NCBI GenBank assembly: GCA_038496445.1
Contig: JALMLS010000279.1
Coordinates: 1 to 64,000 of the forward strand
Source of the DNA: Trichosphaerium sp. ATCC 40318
Taxonomy: Eukaryota; Protista; Tubulinea
Direction: 5' to 3'
DNA length: 64,000 bases
Shown here: positions 51,486 through 64,000 of the stretch, one piece after another
Numbering within the stretch: the first letter of the stretch is position 1
How the letters are laid out: every line of letters begins with the position of its first letter
Made by a program: the position numbers and the translations under genes
The notes under the pieces: model-generated
Seen by the model: the letters and a program-made list of their open reading frames with translations, nothing else
Database searches by the model: none
What the model was told of the DNA's origin: nothing

Positions 51486-54400
51486 ATGCAAAAGGTGCAA
51501 AAGGTACTTAGTAGGAGTTATGTAGTAGAAGAATACGTCGCTTTATTGACGATTAGTTTTGAGTTTTTACAAAACTAACAATTGTTATTTTTTGAAAGAA
51601 ATTTATACTGTATGTATTTATAACGCTATTGTACTAGCGTTCAAGGTCTCTCAGTTCTGTTCCGAGCAAAAAACATAAACGAAAGAAAACAGGCAGTCTC
51701 TTTCACGTGCTCAAGAAGAAGCATAATAGGAAGAACTCTAAATCTCTAAGTATTAGTTTGGACAGCAGTTTTTCAAGCGATGATTGTAGCGATATTCTTT
51801 ATATTCAGAGCTTGTTTCGGCGATACTACGCAATGGCGAACCCTCCAACGCGATCGCGATCATCTACGCCCACTACGACAGTCCGTCCCGTACCTCCACC
51901 TCCAATAAATCCGCCAGTGAGTCCACCACCAAGAAAGCCCGTACCCAAGGAAGCAGGTACTACCCAAAAAAAAAAAAACTAACAAAACATCACGTGATTT
52001 TACACTCAACTTTTATTTTCTATCATCGCAAAAAAATATATTACTGTTTCATCATATTCTTGCAATGAATTGAACGTTCAAAAACGCCACAGCAACCAAA
52101 AAGTTTTTAAGGCTTTTTAATTTGCAATGCTTATTTCGTACACTCCCAATCACGTGTTCGTATGAGCTGGAGTATGAAATAGAAAAGTTTATGGCGCAAA
52201 ACATCATTTTCCAAAAAGTAATTAACGCATTTGGCGCATGCACTGACCACTTTATTACTCTAGTTATGGGCGGTTTAATGCCACCAAAACCGGCGCGCCC
52301 TCGTGTGAGATCGTGTACAACCTCACCATTAAATGTAAACGAATGGGAAGATGTTTCTGACAATGGATCGCAGCAAGAAGTTAAATGGTACTTCAAGAAA
52401 TGTTCCAAGATATTTTACTTATACACTATTGAGGTGGCCACCACCGCAACTTATGGAAGATGATAGGTAACCCCCTTTTAATTACCCCCACGTTATTTGT
52501 TTTATTATTTTTATGTAAAACTTAACCAAATGTTATAGTATGGGTTCAGATATTGAAGCAGAGTCTGCGAGTATCTCAAGGTCTTTGACGCCATATTTGG
52601 CATCTGATGACTATATGGAAAAATTAATTATATGTCAACGCACAGTACGACGGTGGGTGTTCGTTCGCAGGGTCCGCGCTAGAGGTGAGTTCTATTATGT
52701 TCACAAACAAGCTCAATACCATTTAGTAAAAATGTCTCGACAGCGTCGGTGTATACTAGCAGAGATTTTTGAAACAGAAGAACAATATTTGGCGAACCTA
52801 AAGGTCGTTAGAGATGTTTGGAAAGTAGGACTGAGTTTCTACTTGACTGATAATGAAGACAAGGTGATTTTTTTTAATTCTTTTTTTTTTTAGAGGGTTT
52901 TACTCAGCATACTAATTTGCACTAGCTTCTATTCGGAGATATCCTAGTACTACTACAAATACATACGCAGCTTTATAGAGATTTATGCGATGCTTGTGGT
53001 GAGCATCTTTCGCAGTGCACACCGTACACTCAGATAGGTAAAATATTTGTTGAGTTTGGTGATTTTCTAAAGATCTATGCGCCATATTGGTACGTCTTAG
53101 CACGTGTTGGGTTTTTTTAACCTTCCCATTTTTTTAAACTTTATTCCGTTATTAATTATCATGTAGTAATCGATATAAGTACGTACAAAACAAGTCGTGT
53201 ATTAAAAGGTTGTATTAACAAAAAAAAGCGAGGTAACGCAGCTTATCCGACGACTAACAAAAGAAAACAAAAAATTTGGGTATGCCTTGCAGGTACGATA
53301 AAATCGACGAGACTATTGCCTAATCAGAAACAAAGAGCTTAATGTCTAAATATGAATGTGGCGGACGTAGCTTAGAGTCATTCTTAATCATGCCTGTACA
53401 AAGAGTGCGTATCCGTTCTAATGATGAACTTCGATAGTCACGTGTCTGATCTGTTTCTATAGGTTCCGAGAATAAACATGCTTATAGATCAATTACTAAA
53501 ACATACATGGGAAACACACCCAGATAAACTGGTCCTCACAAGCGCGGTAAGGAGCAAAGTCCCTGAGGAGATTTATACGCTATTGTTCTATAGTTTATTT
53601 TATTTTTAGGCTTCAAAAATTTTACTTACAGCAGAGCATATTAACGAACAGAAACGAAAGAATGAAAATATATTTAAAGTACATGATATAGCATCAACTA
53701 TAAATGGTTTACCTAAAAATACAGTACGCGTTGTCAACAAAAAAAAAAATCACGTGCCTTTTCTCTAACAATCCCTTCTACAGGAAATTTTTCAATTAGG
53801 CAGAACATTCATAAAAGAAGGTCCTGTTATAGAGTACTCAGAGAGCTCATTAGAAACAAGCACATACTATTTATTTCTATTTAATGATTGCATTTATTGG
53901 ACACGCCATAAGAAAGGTACTTAGTACCTCTAAAAGGAAGTAATCTAACCGTTTATCTTTCAGATAAATGGGATTTTGTAATGGCGAACTTTTTTGCTTC
54001 TTCAAGCATTTTTAAAGCTGGAAAGATAGAACGTAATGGATTGCCTGCATTAACAATAGAGACTGGTAATGGTTTGTTTAATATTTCTGGTAAAACAGAG
54101 AAAGAGACTATGGAGTGGCTAGCCGCCATTGATGAATGCGCGAGGTTCCCAATTACTTTACCTCGAATTGCAAAACGTGAGTTCTTTCACCTTTCCATTG
54201 CATTGCCTTTTTGACTCACTTGATAATCTACAGCTGAATATGACAATTTGGAACAAAGTTGTAAACCGCACAAACGTCAATCGTCACTGACACGAACGAC
54301 ATCAAAGGGACAGCTAAGAGGCCGAATAACTCGAACATTTTCTACAAATAATGTACAAAGAAATAGAACAAGATCTAGTGCGATTACAATGAAGCCACCA

Positions 54401-54802
54401 AGCCCCAAACCTGGTAGAAGTGCGTAGACGTACAGTAAAACGTGGTGTAATCTTATGTTGTATAGACGGACTCGCAAACTCCGATTTTCAAGTGACTGAT
54501 ACAGAAAAGAAACGACAGACTATGAAACGAACATTTTCGCTTAAATTCGATCGTGGGCAGGTATCTAAAAGTCATAAAGATAAAAAAGAATTAGCCCAAG
54601 AAAAGAAGCTAGCCAAAAAGAATAAGAAGGCTAGTGAGAAAGAAGCAAAAAAAGAGTCCGGAAAGAAGCTCAAGCGCAAGTTCTCCATGAAAGGTAATCC
54701 AATCAAAATAATTTATGGTTTTTTAAGTGAATAATAAAATTCTCACTGTCGATGATAGGTATGGACAGAAAGATGATAAAGCGAAAGGATGATAAAAACT
54801 GA
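51486..54802 (+). CDS. RhoGEF (DH-PH) domain protein
   Basis: RRCILAEIFETEEQYLANL; CGGRSLESFLIMPVQRVPR..LLKHT..HPD; PH motifs RTFIKEG..YYLFLFND..EWLAAI. Confidence 0.85.
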
Positions 54803-55132
54803 CTGTCTATAAATGTATCAATAAATAAACTGTAGAAATTGTAAGTAATCGCATCAATATTAACATCAAGAAGATTTTACGTTACCACTCAAACCAGTCA
54901 CTAACAAACAAACTCCTACTTAAACAAAGCGTGGTAACATTTTATCCTTCGTGTAGTACAATGACACATTGCTTCAACAAAGAGATGAGAATGTATTTCA
55001 CTTTGTGACACGCCTTCAACGATGCAATAATGTTGGATACAGGAAGCTACTTTGTACAAACACTAACATTTCGTCAAAACAAGGTTTTTAAACACGGAGG
55101 ACAGCTAGCTATCAAACATGAGATGTGTTTAT

Positions 55133-55909
55133 TTACTTCATAAATTCTTTCCAATACTCTTCATCAAATATTCTAAACCATAAGTGAATAACACAGCATT
55201 CTTTTAGCAACGTACTGGTTGTCCCAATCTGGAAAGGCACGTGCCCACTCTGCCTTGTCTACCTTCCCCAAGTACTTACCATTCTCGTACTTGCCTTTCA
55301 TAGAGCGAGAGTGCTCAGCAAATGTAACCTTACCAAGACCATGCTTTTCATCGTCCTAGCAGAAGTATAAGACAGACTTTAACTATTTGCACTCATTGCA
55401 CGCCTTCCAGTAACCAACATAAGCATCTCCGGAAGGACTCAACCATTCACCATAACCGTTACGCTTGCCATTCTCCCAAGCGCCTACATACCTACCGTCT
55501 GTGCCCTAAAACAAGGCGTGTGTCAAGTGACGCCAGTAAACCGCTGAAAAGCAATGCGAGGTAGTAAACAACGTACATCTAGCCTTCCTTTACCGTGTCT
55601 ACGGCCTTCTTTCCATTCACCTTTGTAAACGCCACTTCCTCTGTACCAATATGTACCAACTCCTTCTTGCACGTTATTTGCCCAATCCCCGTCATAACTA
55701 TCACCATTTACATACACGAAATACCCTTTGCCATGTTTTTTTCCGGCGGTTAGAAACCCTTCGTATCTAACTTGTGTTATGCCGTAGCTGTTATTTGTAG
55801 CGCACCTATCGCCATTCAAGTAAGTGTAAACTCCTTCGCCTTCTGGCATGTTGTTAGCATCGACGTCTCCCTCAAAAACATCACCGTTTTCAAGAGCGTG
55901 TAGTGCCAT
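55133..55909 (-). CDS. MORN repeat protein
   Basis: NGDSYDGDWANNVQEGVGTY and YKGEWKEGRRHGKG repeats. Confidence 0.9.
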
Positions 55910-56093
55910 GGTTTTCAGTCAGTTACAAAAAGCAGTTAAGCACTACAGTGTACGAAAGCACCTTTTCAAAACAATATTTAGCGTAGCAACGTACCGCGCC
56001 ATCGGCTTCCTCAAAAAACCGGTAACACGCAAAGTTTTCGCAAAACTATAATACCCAACCAAAAAAGACCCAAATTATTATTTTTTGGCAACG

Positions 56094-57153
56094 ATGGACA
56101 TCCCTGAGATATTTAAAGAGGTCATTTGTTTTACCCGAGAATTCAACTTACATTAACTCTTTACACAGGCCCGAAGACGCGACAATCAACACGCCAAGGA
56201 TTCGTTCGAGCTTATACGGTCGTACGTTGAGTTTTTGCTTGAAATTGAAGAGCCACATAAAAGATGGGAAACAATAAACTGGGAAACGGATGCATCAACT
56301 GCTGTCAGTAAAGCCAAAGCATCAAACAAGTTTTTGATTGTAGAGAACTGCGCAATGTACAACGGTGACGCAAACTGCCCCATCGCTTGTTTAGGAGGTA
56401 CGTAGCATCAACGCCAGTATAAACATACACGCGCCGTCAGAGAATAACCCATTTCATTTAGCACGTGTACTACGTTGTTCGATACTTTCGGATCCACAGG
56501 TCATAGACGTAATCAATAGAGAATTCATAGCACTCAAAGTAAACCTCACAACAGACGGATTTCCTAAGGACCTGGATGGTTTGAACGGTATAAGGCAGCT
56601 TTACAAACAAGAAAGCACAAAGACACAAAGAAATCATCACAATTTAGCCATCTTGTCGCCTAACGGCGAACACAGGTAACCCAATTTTTTTGTTTTACAC
56701 AGGAAACGGTTTTTTTTTAATTGTAATATTCCCATTTAGGCTTGGTGATATAGACACGTATCGGCACACGTTTATTGAAGACTTATCTTATGAGTACTTT
56801 AATAAGACATTAGTGTCCGCACGTGAACGTTGGAGAATTGTACAAGAGACAAATAAACATTTTGAACGGTTCAGACTGTGGGAGGGCGTTAAAGGTGTTG
56901 CACGACTCACCAAGGAGGGTATTGCAGAAGGTGGCAGTAAGCTAAAAGCTGTGGCTATATTGGCTTCTCGGGCGAGAGCCGCGAACTTCGATGATGAGGC
57001 ATTCCACAAGCTCGAGAAAACTGGATTGTTAGGTATTGTCGAGATTGGTAAAAAGCCAAAAAAAATAATATTTGCGTAGGTCGTTATCTCGAAAGCCAAC
57101 CCACAATGTCAAACTGTAATAGCAGTAACAATCGTCCGTTTAAGGGACTGTAG
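56094..57153 (+). CDS. hypothetical protein with possible thioredoxin-like fold (multi-exon)
   Basis: INWETDASTAVSKAKASNKFLIV..CPIAC..LSDPQVIDVINREFIALKVN. Confidence 0.55.
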
Positions 57154-58278
57154 TAAGAAGTGTAAGACTAGTAATCTACGAGAATAAAGATTTTGTACAG
57201 ACTATTTATTCCTCATTTCTCTTTTTTTTTCACCAATTAGCTACTCTTTACTCTTTTATCCCAGATAGGTTGTCACCGACCGTTGATTTAAAACGATGGG
57301 TGCAAACTACCTGGGGAGTGGATAGCGCCGAGTCCAAACCCCTTTTCTAAATGCCAAAAAAGCCAAGTTAAGTGAATAGGTAAATATTTGATATGACTTG
57401 ATGATTTCACGTTAAAAGCAACTTGTAAATACCGATCGTTTGAGCACGGAGAGAGTTAAACTACCGCGGCCGCCCAAAAACCAAACAGCGGCATAAATAA
57501 ACTTTTCTTTGAGGCAACTGAAAATGACTTCTATCTATAATTTTTTCGTGTTGAACTTTTTCTATTTTGTTATTTTGACTGTGTGCATAAAACAATTTCA
57601 TGTTGGATGGGTCGGTTGTATATACGTTTGAAGACGATTGCATCATTTGAAAGAAATGCCAAAATTTATTGTGGTTATTACGTTGTAAAGAGCAAAATAA
57701 ATTTTGGTGCCTACGGACAAGGGAAGAGAGAAAGAAAGCCTAATTCGATTTCGATAATTTCGTACTAAATGCCAAATCTGCTACTGAAAACCAGGAAAAA
57801 ACCAAACCTCCAATAAAGTAAATTAAAAACAATAAATCGCGAACCGCGTGAAAAACTAAAGCCAGAGATAGAGTGTCTTTTGAGAAATCGCAGCAGTGTC
57901 ATAATGGCGTGAGTGTACACTGGAGAGACAGGGTTAGGAATTACGTGGCCAGAATTAACTTGAAGGTAAAAAAAAAATGGAAAAAGACGTGCAGGAGACC
58001 CCACGCAAACTTTCAGTGCGTAACTTTCCGATGGCGAAGGCAAATTGTCAAGAACTGCAACAGTCGTTAATTTTGAAGGTAACGGATAATGACGAACGCA
58101 AAACCATCCGGGCGTACCCTTCCGGTGGCGTTCATGGTGTCAACACCGATGTAAGAAAAAATATTAAATTGTTCGAAAAAAAAGCCACACGCACCCCAAG
58201 TAAACTCGGGGACAGTAATCCAGAAGTCAAAAACAAAAGCCATTGTCTACTGCTAAGAATCACCAAAAAGACCAAGCA

Positions 58279-58442
58279 CCAAATCCCAACCAATCGCCGA
58301 TCTATCGAACCACCAAATCTCGAGCCAATCGTCGAAAGCCAATCTAGAACCACCAATCTCGCGCCAATCTCGAGCCATTCTCGCGCCAAATCCCCAGCCC
58401 GTACCACCGCCATCTCTCTGCCGTCGTCTGGTCGCCATCTCC
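58279..58442. repeat. Degenerate ~12-13 bp tandem repeat (G/A)CCAATCTCG
   Basis: ccaaatctcgagccaatcgtcgaaagccaatctagaaccaccaatctcgcgccaatctcgagccattctcgcgccaaatcc. Confidence 0.6.
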
Positions 58443-59913
58443 ATGCCGTGTGCCGAAAAATATCGATTGGAATAACCCAGGAGTAGATCAGAAATACATT
58501 AACGTATATCCAAATTTTATCCAGTGAAACCAATAATCGAATGCAAAGTAAATATCGCCAGTCAGAAAACTAAAAAAAAAAGAGCGCTGATTGCCCCAGC
58601 GCGGTGAGGAGGAAGCCAATTTTGTGTGTACGTGAGAAAGATCATCTTGTCGTTGTAATTTAAACATTTCTACGCCAGGTTGTTGGTGGAGCCCTTGAAA
58701 ATAAACTGGAGTAGGAGATAGCACGGGGAGTGGTACCACCGTATCACTTTTTATTCGCAATGGGGAATTAAGCCACTGAGCGATACGGACGAAGGAGAGC
58801 TATGCGAGCTGACTTTATATTATCCTTTTCTTGACCACAGAACACCTCAAAGATCTGTTGAGATCGAAGAGCGTATTCGTTGTAAAAACAAACCGGAGAA
58901 TCAAACAAAGAGGGGGATTTGTGCGTATCTCGCTAGCCCATAACAGCCAACGTACAGAGCATATTTCTATCGAAACAAGGAAGCATAACAAAATAATGTG
59001 TTGGCTACGGTGTTTGAGGTGATGTCGTTGTAAGCTTGAGAAGTAAGGATATGTAATGCGGAGGAAGTAGTGGAATCTAGAAAAGAATTGTGAGAAAGGC
59101 GTTCGGGTAAAAGGAAAAGTTGTAGTATTGTGCGCACCTTTAGAAAAACAGAAAAGAGCGTCTTTGAAGGGTCCTAATGTTATCTTGGGATAGAAGGGCT
59201 AACATAATTGGAGAAAGCAAAGCGATCGTAACAAGAATTCTAGGTTCGGCCTAAATGTGAGGAGGCGTGCTCAGTCGCCGTGTGATGAACGACCGTTGTA
59301 GTAGTGGGTAAAACAAAACGCAACGCATTCTACAAAGAAAGGTTAGTTCTTTTTCGTGTGAGTTATAGCGTACCTCAAAGAGGGGATACTGTACGTTATC
59401 GTCGAACAAACTCAACCGTAAAGCGTGTAACGAACTAACCGTAAACGAAAGAATTCCAGTTTAACTTGAGGTATGAACATTGTAGATAATTGAGTTTTGG
59501 GTAGAGTAAAGTTTAGGAGCTGTTGCGTGCGTTGTGTTGCTTGTTTACTTATGAAATTAAGTATGTTTGGAGATTTCATTGCTTTTTGCACCTTCACTTA
59601 ACGTAATTCGTCCGTTTACGCGAAGTTTCGCAGTATCGCGTTTATACAAAGCAAAAATAGTGCTAATAAAGTATTTTTATGTTCTTAGTTTGGTTTTTGT
59701 GAATTTTATAAATAAAGTCTGTTGCTCCGCGTCATCCCAACTACCAATTTACGTTTCCAAAGCTTGTGTAGTGTATCGACTTTTCACAATGAGATGCATG
59801 TCGAAATGTAATGTACAAGTAACTAACGGTATAGCTTCGGAAAGTATGTCGCAATCCTTTTAGGGTAAAGTATTGCGCACGCGGCGAAACTTCCAGTTGA
59901 ATCTCTTAGGTTT

Positions 59914-60494
59914 CTCAACAAGTTAGAAGACAATTCTGTGGCGGGTTTATGTACTCGTCGCTGCTATCACAACAGTCTTTTCAGTAGTAAGTCATCATCA
60001 GCTGTAATTTTCAAAACTTACCACAAATCCCATCGTTAACAAACGAAGACTCAATGTATTTACCGCCCTTGGCGCAATAAAAGTGCCCTGTTGGGCATGC
60101 AGCAGTGCCTGGGCTTTTGTTTAGTCCCGGCTAATAAATGTTGACATGTGTATACCCGGCTCATCGCTACCGTCCTTGCAATCACAGTAACCGTCATTTA
60201 TCCATGCGTACTTGATGGTTTTGTCAACATCACAGCGAAAAATGTTTGTACGTTGCGCATTTATGTATCTTTGTTGGTCTAGTGGCGTTGGCTAAGGTGC
60301 ATTTTGCTTTACGCACTATTTGGTGAAGTTCCAAGCGTTTTGGGTCTAACTGTACGGGTTGTTGGTGGTGTGGCATCTAAAGTACCTTCCTCAGGCGTTT
60401 GCGCATCATCGCGAAACCTGTCGATTTGTACGTATACCAACAGCTGTAGCGCAAGGAATACAGTGCTGAAAATTAACAGCCATCGTTTATTCAT
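59914..60494 (-). CDS. Small type II membrane protein with glucosidase II beta (PRKCSH-like)/LDLa Cys domain
   Basis: N-terminal TM; INDGYCDCKDGSDEP..GTAACPTGHFYC..SSFVNDGIC.DCCD..DE. Confidence 0.8.
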
Positions 60495-60569
60495 CGTGTC
60501 AACAATTGCTAAGCTTCAAAAGTCAAAAAACAGTCTTTTTCTAGCTTTGAAACAGGTAAATGCTTCCAC

Positions 60570-62069
60570 ATGTTACGCTTTTGTAAATGCACACAACGCG
60601 CCAATGTTGCCACAGCGAAGCGGTGGCAAAAACCCGTTGTTGTGACTCAAAAACGTTCATACAACGTAGAAGTAGAGGAGAAGCCTGCTTTTGAGCTTGC
60701 AGATGAAGAGGTGGATGTAGATTTGGATATAAGCCTACAGCTGCAAGAGGAGGTGATAAACCCACCTAGTGCGTTTCCCAACAATGCATTTAATTAAATA
60801 TGATGGTTTTAACACTATTTCTTATCTAACCTTTTTAGCCTCCTTCGAAGTACCTATAGTTGATATAAACAACGTGCCTGTAGATGTCGCACACTTAAAA
60901 CCTGAAGTACGCTTCGTTCTGAGTCAATACGCAACAGGTTGTAATTATTACCCAGGTATTCGGTGCTGTAGTACGCCCTGACATTCTACACCAAAACGTA
61001 ACATGGCTACGCGCTTGTAGGCGTTTAGGCCTGGCAAAGGTATCACTGGCGCTCGTATTGTCATGTATCTAACACTAGCTAGTCCAAAAGCAGAGGTGAA
61101 AAGTCTGGTTCAAAAAAAAAAATTGCTGCACAAAAAGGTGCGTACAGAAACTAGTAGGCGCATAGGCACCATGCAAGTGCAACCGCGAAGAGAAAAAATT
61201 CCTTTGAACCACATAAAATATTTACGTTCGATTAGGGCGTGGTGCTGCGCGTGTATCTACGATCCGTTCTGCTATACGTATAGGTTCTGGACAAGCATTT
61301 CCTAAGAGGCCAAGGGATTGGTCATACAAATTGAATAAAAAGGTACAAGCGCTTGTTTGTTCAATTTCAGTTTTTTTTGTTTGACTCGCAAATTTTGACA
61401 CTTTTTGGTAGGTTCAAATCAAAGGATTCCAGTCAGCTTTAGCAGCAAAATTTGCAAGAAATAAGGTACATTATTACCTCGCTTTACTTGTTTTACAAAA
61501 TTACCCTCTTACTGGTTTTTTTTCGAAGGTTATAATATTAGATACTACAACGCTTGCTTCTCCAGAAATGCCTTTAGACTCTCTCTTTAAAGAAATGCAG
61601 TTGGATCAAAAGACGACTATGATTGTTGATACACTCACAGAAAGCGCCAATGACTTTGTAACGCTTACCAATGAAATCAATTACGTTCAAGTTTTAAAAC
61701 CAACAGTACGAGAATTCTCTTTTTTTTTTTTTGTTGGTTTACACCTCTCTAACCTTTATAACTCAGGGAATGAATATAATTGATATACTTAAACGTGATT
61801 ATGTTGTCATCACAAAGGACGCTTTACCTTGGGTAGAAAAAAGTTTCTCTTTGCCAACAATTGCGAATAACCACAAAAAATTATTACGCGTGCAACAAAT
61901 GAAAGAAGAAAGGAAACAAGAGATAATACGTAAACAAGAGGAATATGCTGCAGCAAAGGCTGCAGAAGAAGCTGCAAAAGAAGCTGAACTAGCCTCCACA
62001 ACAGAGAATAGCGAAGCTACACCTGAAGGTGACGCTGAACCGGAAGAAAAGGGTAGCAGCACAGCTTAA
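60570..62069 (+). CDS. MRPL4: Mitochondrial ribosomal protein L4 (uL4m)
   Basis: Presequence-like start; VFGAVVRPDILHQNVTW; AFPKRPRDWSYKLNKKV; GMNIIDILKRDYVVITKDAL. Confidence 0.85.
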
Positions 62070-62270
62070 GCTCTCTTTTTTGTAAGTAAATCGAAATGTA
62101 TTTGTCTCCGAGAATTTTTAGTACTGCCTGAGCAAAAATCACTCCAGTACTTGTAGTTCACCATATAAACAGTGAACTATTTTACGATTTTCGCTTTTCT
62201 TGTGCGACTTAACCCACCAGATTAAGAGCTGTACTTCCTTTTTGAGCAACTCACAGAAATTGCAAACCTA

Positions 62271-62912
62271 ATGCAACAACACCTTTTACTCACTTTACTC
62301 GCACTATGCGCTCTAGTAAGCGTATGTTCTGCCCGCCAGTCGTGGCAAGAACTCCAACGTAACTATCGCTCCTACAGCAAACAAAGATATGGTGCTAGCC
62401 ACAAACCACTGAAGTGGGGCAATACATACAAACCAAGCGGAGATTACCACACCAAAACATACGGCCAGCGCCCTCGTCTTAGCTGGAGCAACTTTAGAAA
62501 TACTAGAGCAAGACCAACCCGTGCAACGCCTGTTTACACTGAGGATAGAGATAACTTTGAGCAAGAAGAACGAAGCGACTACAGAGAACCTGAGCAAAGA
62601 GAAGAACCTGTCTTTAGACAAAGAGAACCAGTGCGTAGGTACCAAGAACCACGCGAAGAACCACAACCTGATTTCAGACAACGCGAACAACGTCAACCAG
62701 AATTCGACCAACGTCAACCACAATTTGACCAAGAAGACTTCATTCCAGATGATTTTCAAGGTGAATTGATAGATGAATTGGGCTTTGACCCTAACGACAT
62801 GGATGATGACTTCTACGGTGACGAAGGTGATGACATTCCTGAAGACACTGGTTTCCGTGGTCTTAGAGGAGACTCAGGCTCAGAACCACGTCCAAGACGC
62901 TCTTTTTACTAA
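62271..62912 (+). CDS. Secreted low-complexity protein with QREP/QPxF repeats
   Basis: Signal peptide MQQHLLLTLLALCALVSVCSA; intronless 213 aa ORF with basic N-half and acidic C-half. Confidence 0.75.
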   Translation: MQQHLLLTLLALCALVSVCSARQSWQELQRNYRSYSKQRYGASHKPLKWGNTYKPSGDYHTKTYGQRPRLSWSNFRNTRARPTRATPVYTEDRDNFEQEERSDYREPEQREEPVFRQREPVRRYQEPREEPQPDFRQREQRQPEFDQRQPQFDQEDFIPDDFQGELIDELGFDPNDMDDDFYGDEGDDIPEDTGFRGLRGDSGSEPRPRRSFY

Positions 62913-64000
62913 ACTTTAAATAAAGCCTTGAATACACATATTCTTTATTTTATAACTCGTTGCAACCTTGCTATTTCATTGAAGCTTTTCCAGAGTTTAC
63001 GTAATCCTTGTGATTCTTCTTGTGAAGATAGTCAAAATTTTCTGCTGCGGATTATGTATGAGTGTGGCTTTGCCTCACAACTGATTTGTGCGCAAAGAAA
63101 CGCATTGTTTCTGTTTCCACATACTCCACATCAAAAGGAAGTTTCAGGCCAATTAATTGTTTCTTTGTAGTTACTTGCTTTACTCACGGCGTAGCCACAC
63201 TACAATAGACGATTAGAAAACGGACTTAATAGACCCTTTAAGACGATATCACGTGGCCACTATGTTTCCAAGTCATCACACAGCGCCACGCTGTTAGGGT
63301 AACGCACAGTCTTGCATGGTTAATTGTGATTCTTCAACAATATGAGCATACTATAAAGGACTAGCGAGTGAGTTGCCTAGAGCTCACAAGAAGTATGTAA
63401 ATATTCGAGAACAACACGAACATTTGCATTAAATTCGGGAAATCGTTACCCCGATGGCGGCGACAAGCCCTATACGTGCGTGAAGTGTGGGGACAAATAT
63501 CTTTGAATATGTTGTATGCGGGGTATCTAAATCTCCTTTGCTGGTTGTGTCAAGTTATAATTGTAGTTGTTAGCAGCGTACTACAGTGGCAAGAGTACAG
63601 TAAAAAAATCACATGTTGAGTGTAGACAAAAAAGAGACGGTTGTTTCACACGCTAGTATTGAACGGTGTAATTCGCTAGGTTCCAAACTACGCTTGTGTT
63701 TCTTGTTTTTGAAATGATACTTGTACACTAAAACATAAATTAGAATGCTTTTTTTGTTTGTTTTGTGAGACCGTTCTAGCGTATAAATAGTTCTAGCGCT
63801 ACAAGCGCTGTATTTATTATTTACAACGTATTTACAAGAGCTACCGGGTTCTAAGGGTTTTCAATAGCCTTCACCCGTGAAGCTATTTTGCACTCTTCTA
63901 AAGTCACAAAAGTCGTTGACCTGCCAGCTAAGTGGCGGTTTAGTATCACGTGACGGTTCGACTTTTACCATCATGACATGTGCGTGTTTCCCAACGCTAG

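Noticed and set aside
56380-56480. Selenoprotein-like redox motif
   Set aside because: CPIAC uses ordinary Cys codons; no in-frame TGA was seen.

Overview
Eukaryotic, AT-rich, intron-dense protist DNA with short GT-AG introns, often GTACG donors. An amoebozoan-like origin is inferred from gene families, not proven. Two gene-dense flanks carry ordinary genes. The left has an ApbE/flavin-reductase fusion, F-box proteins, a W/YP-repeat endonuclease-like protein and Raptor. The right has PSMA5, RPS23, TPR, PPR, RhoGEF, MORN, a PRKCSH-like gene and mitochondrial uL4. Between the 3' ends of Raptor and PSMA5 lies a ~19.6 kb CpG-depleted mobile-DNA island (23.4-43.0 kb). Its core is a ~14.7 kb foldback: two ~4.25 kb inverted arms (23127-27376 and 33600-37842) around a MULE transposase. 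The arms carry telomere-repeat hairpins and the 5' half of a ~950 aa, 13-exon orphan gene ('gene X') with a weak ParB-like motif. The introns of gene X repeatedly hold one perfect 18-bp palindrome, GACCGCGAGCTCGCGGTC. The island also has a second decayed DDE transposase, a CGCTTCGCT satellite and a TTA-flanked MITE with palindromic subterminal arrays. Exon structures and family calls were made by eye; no searches were run.
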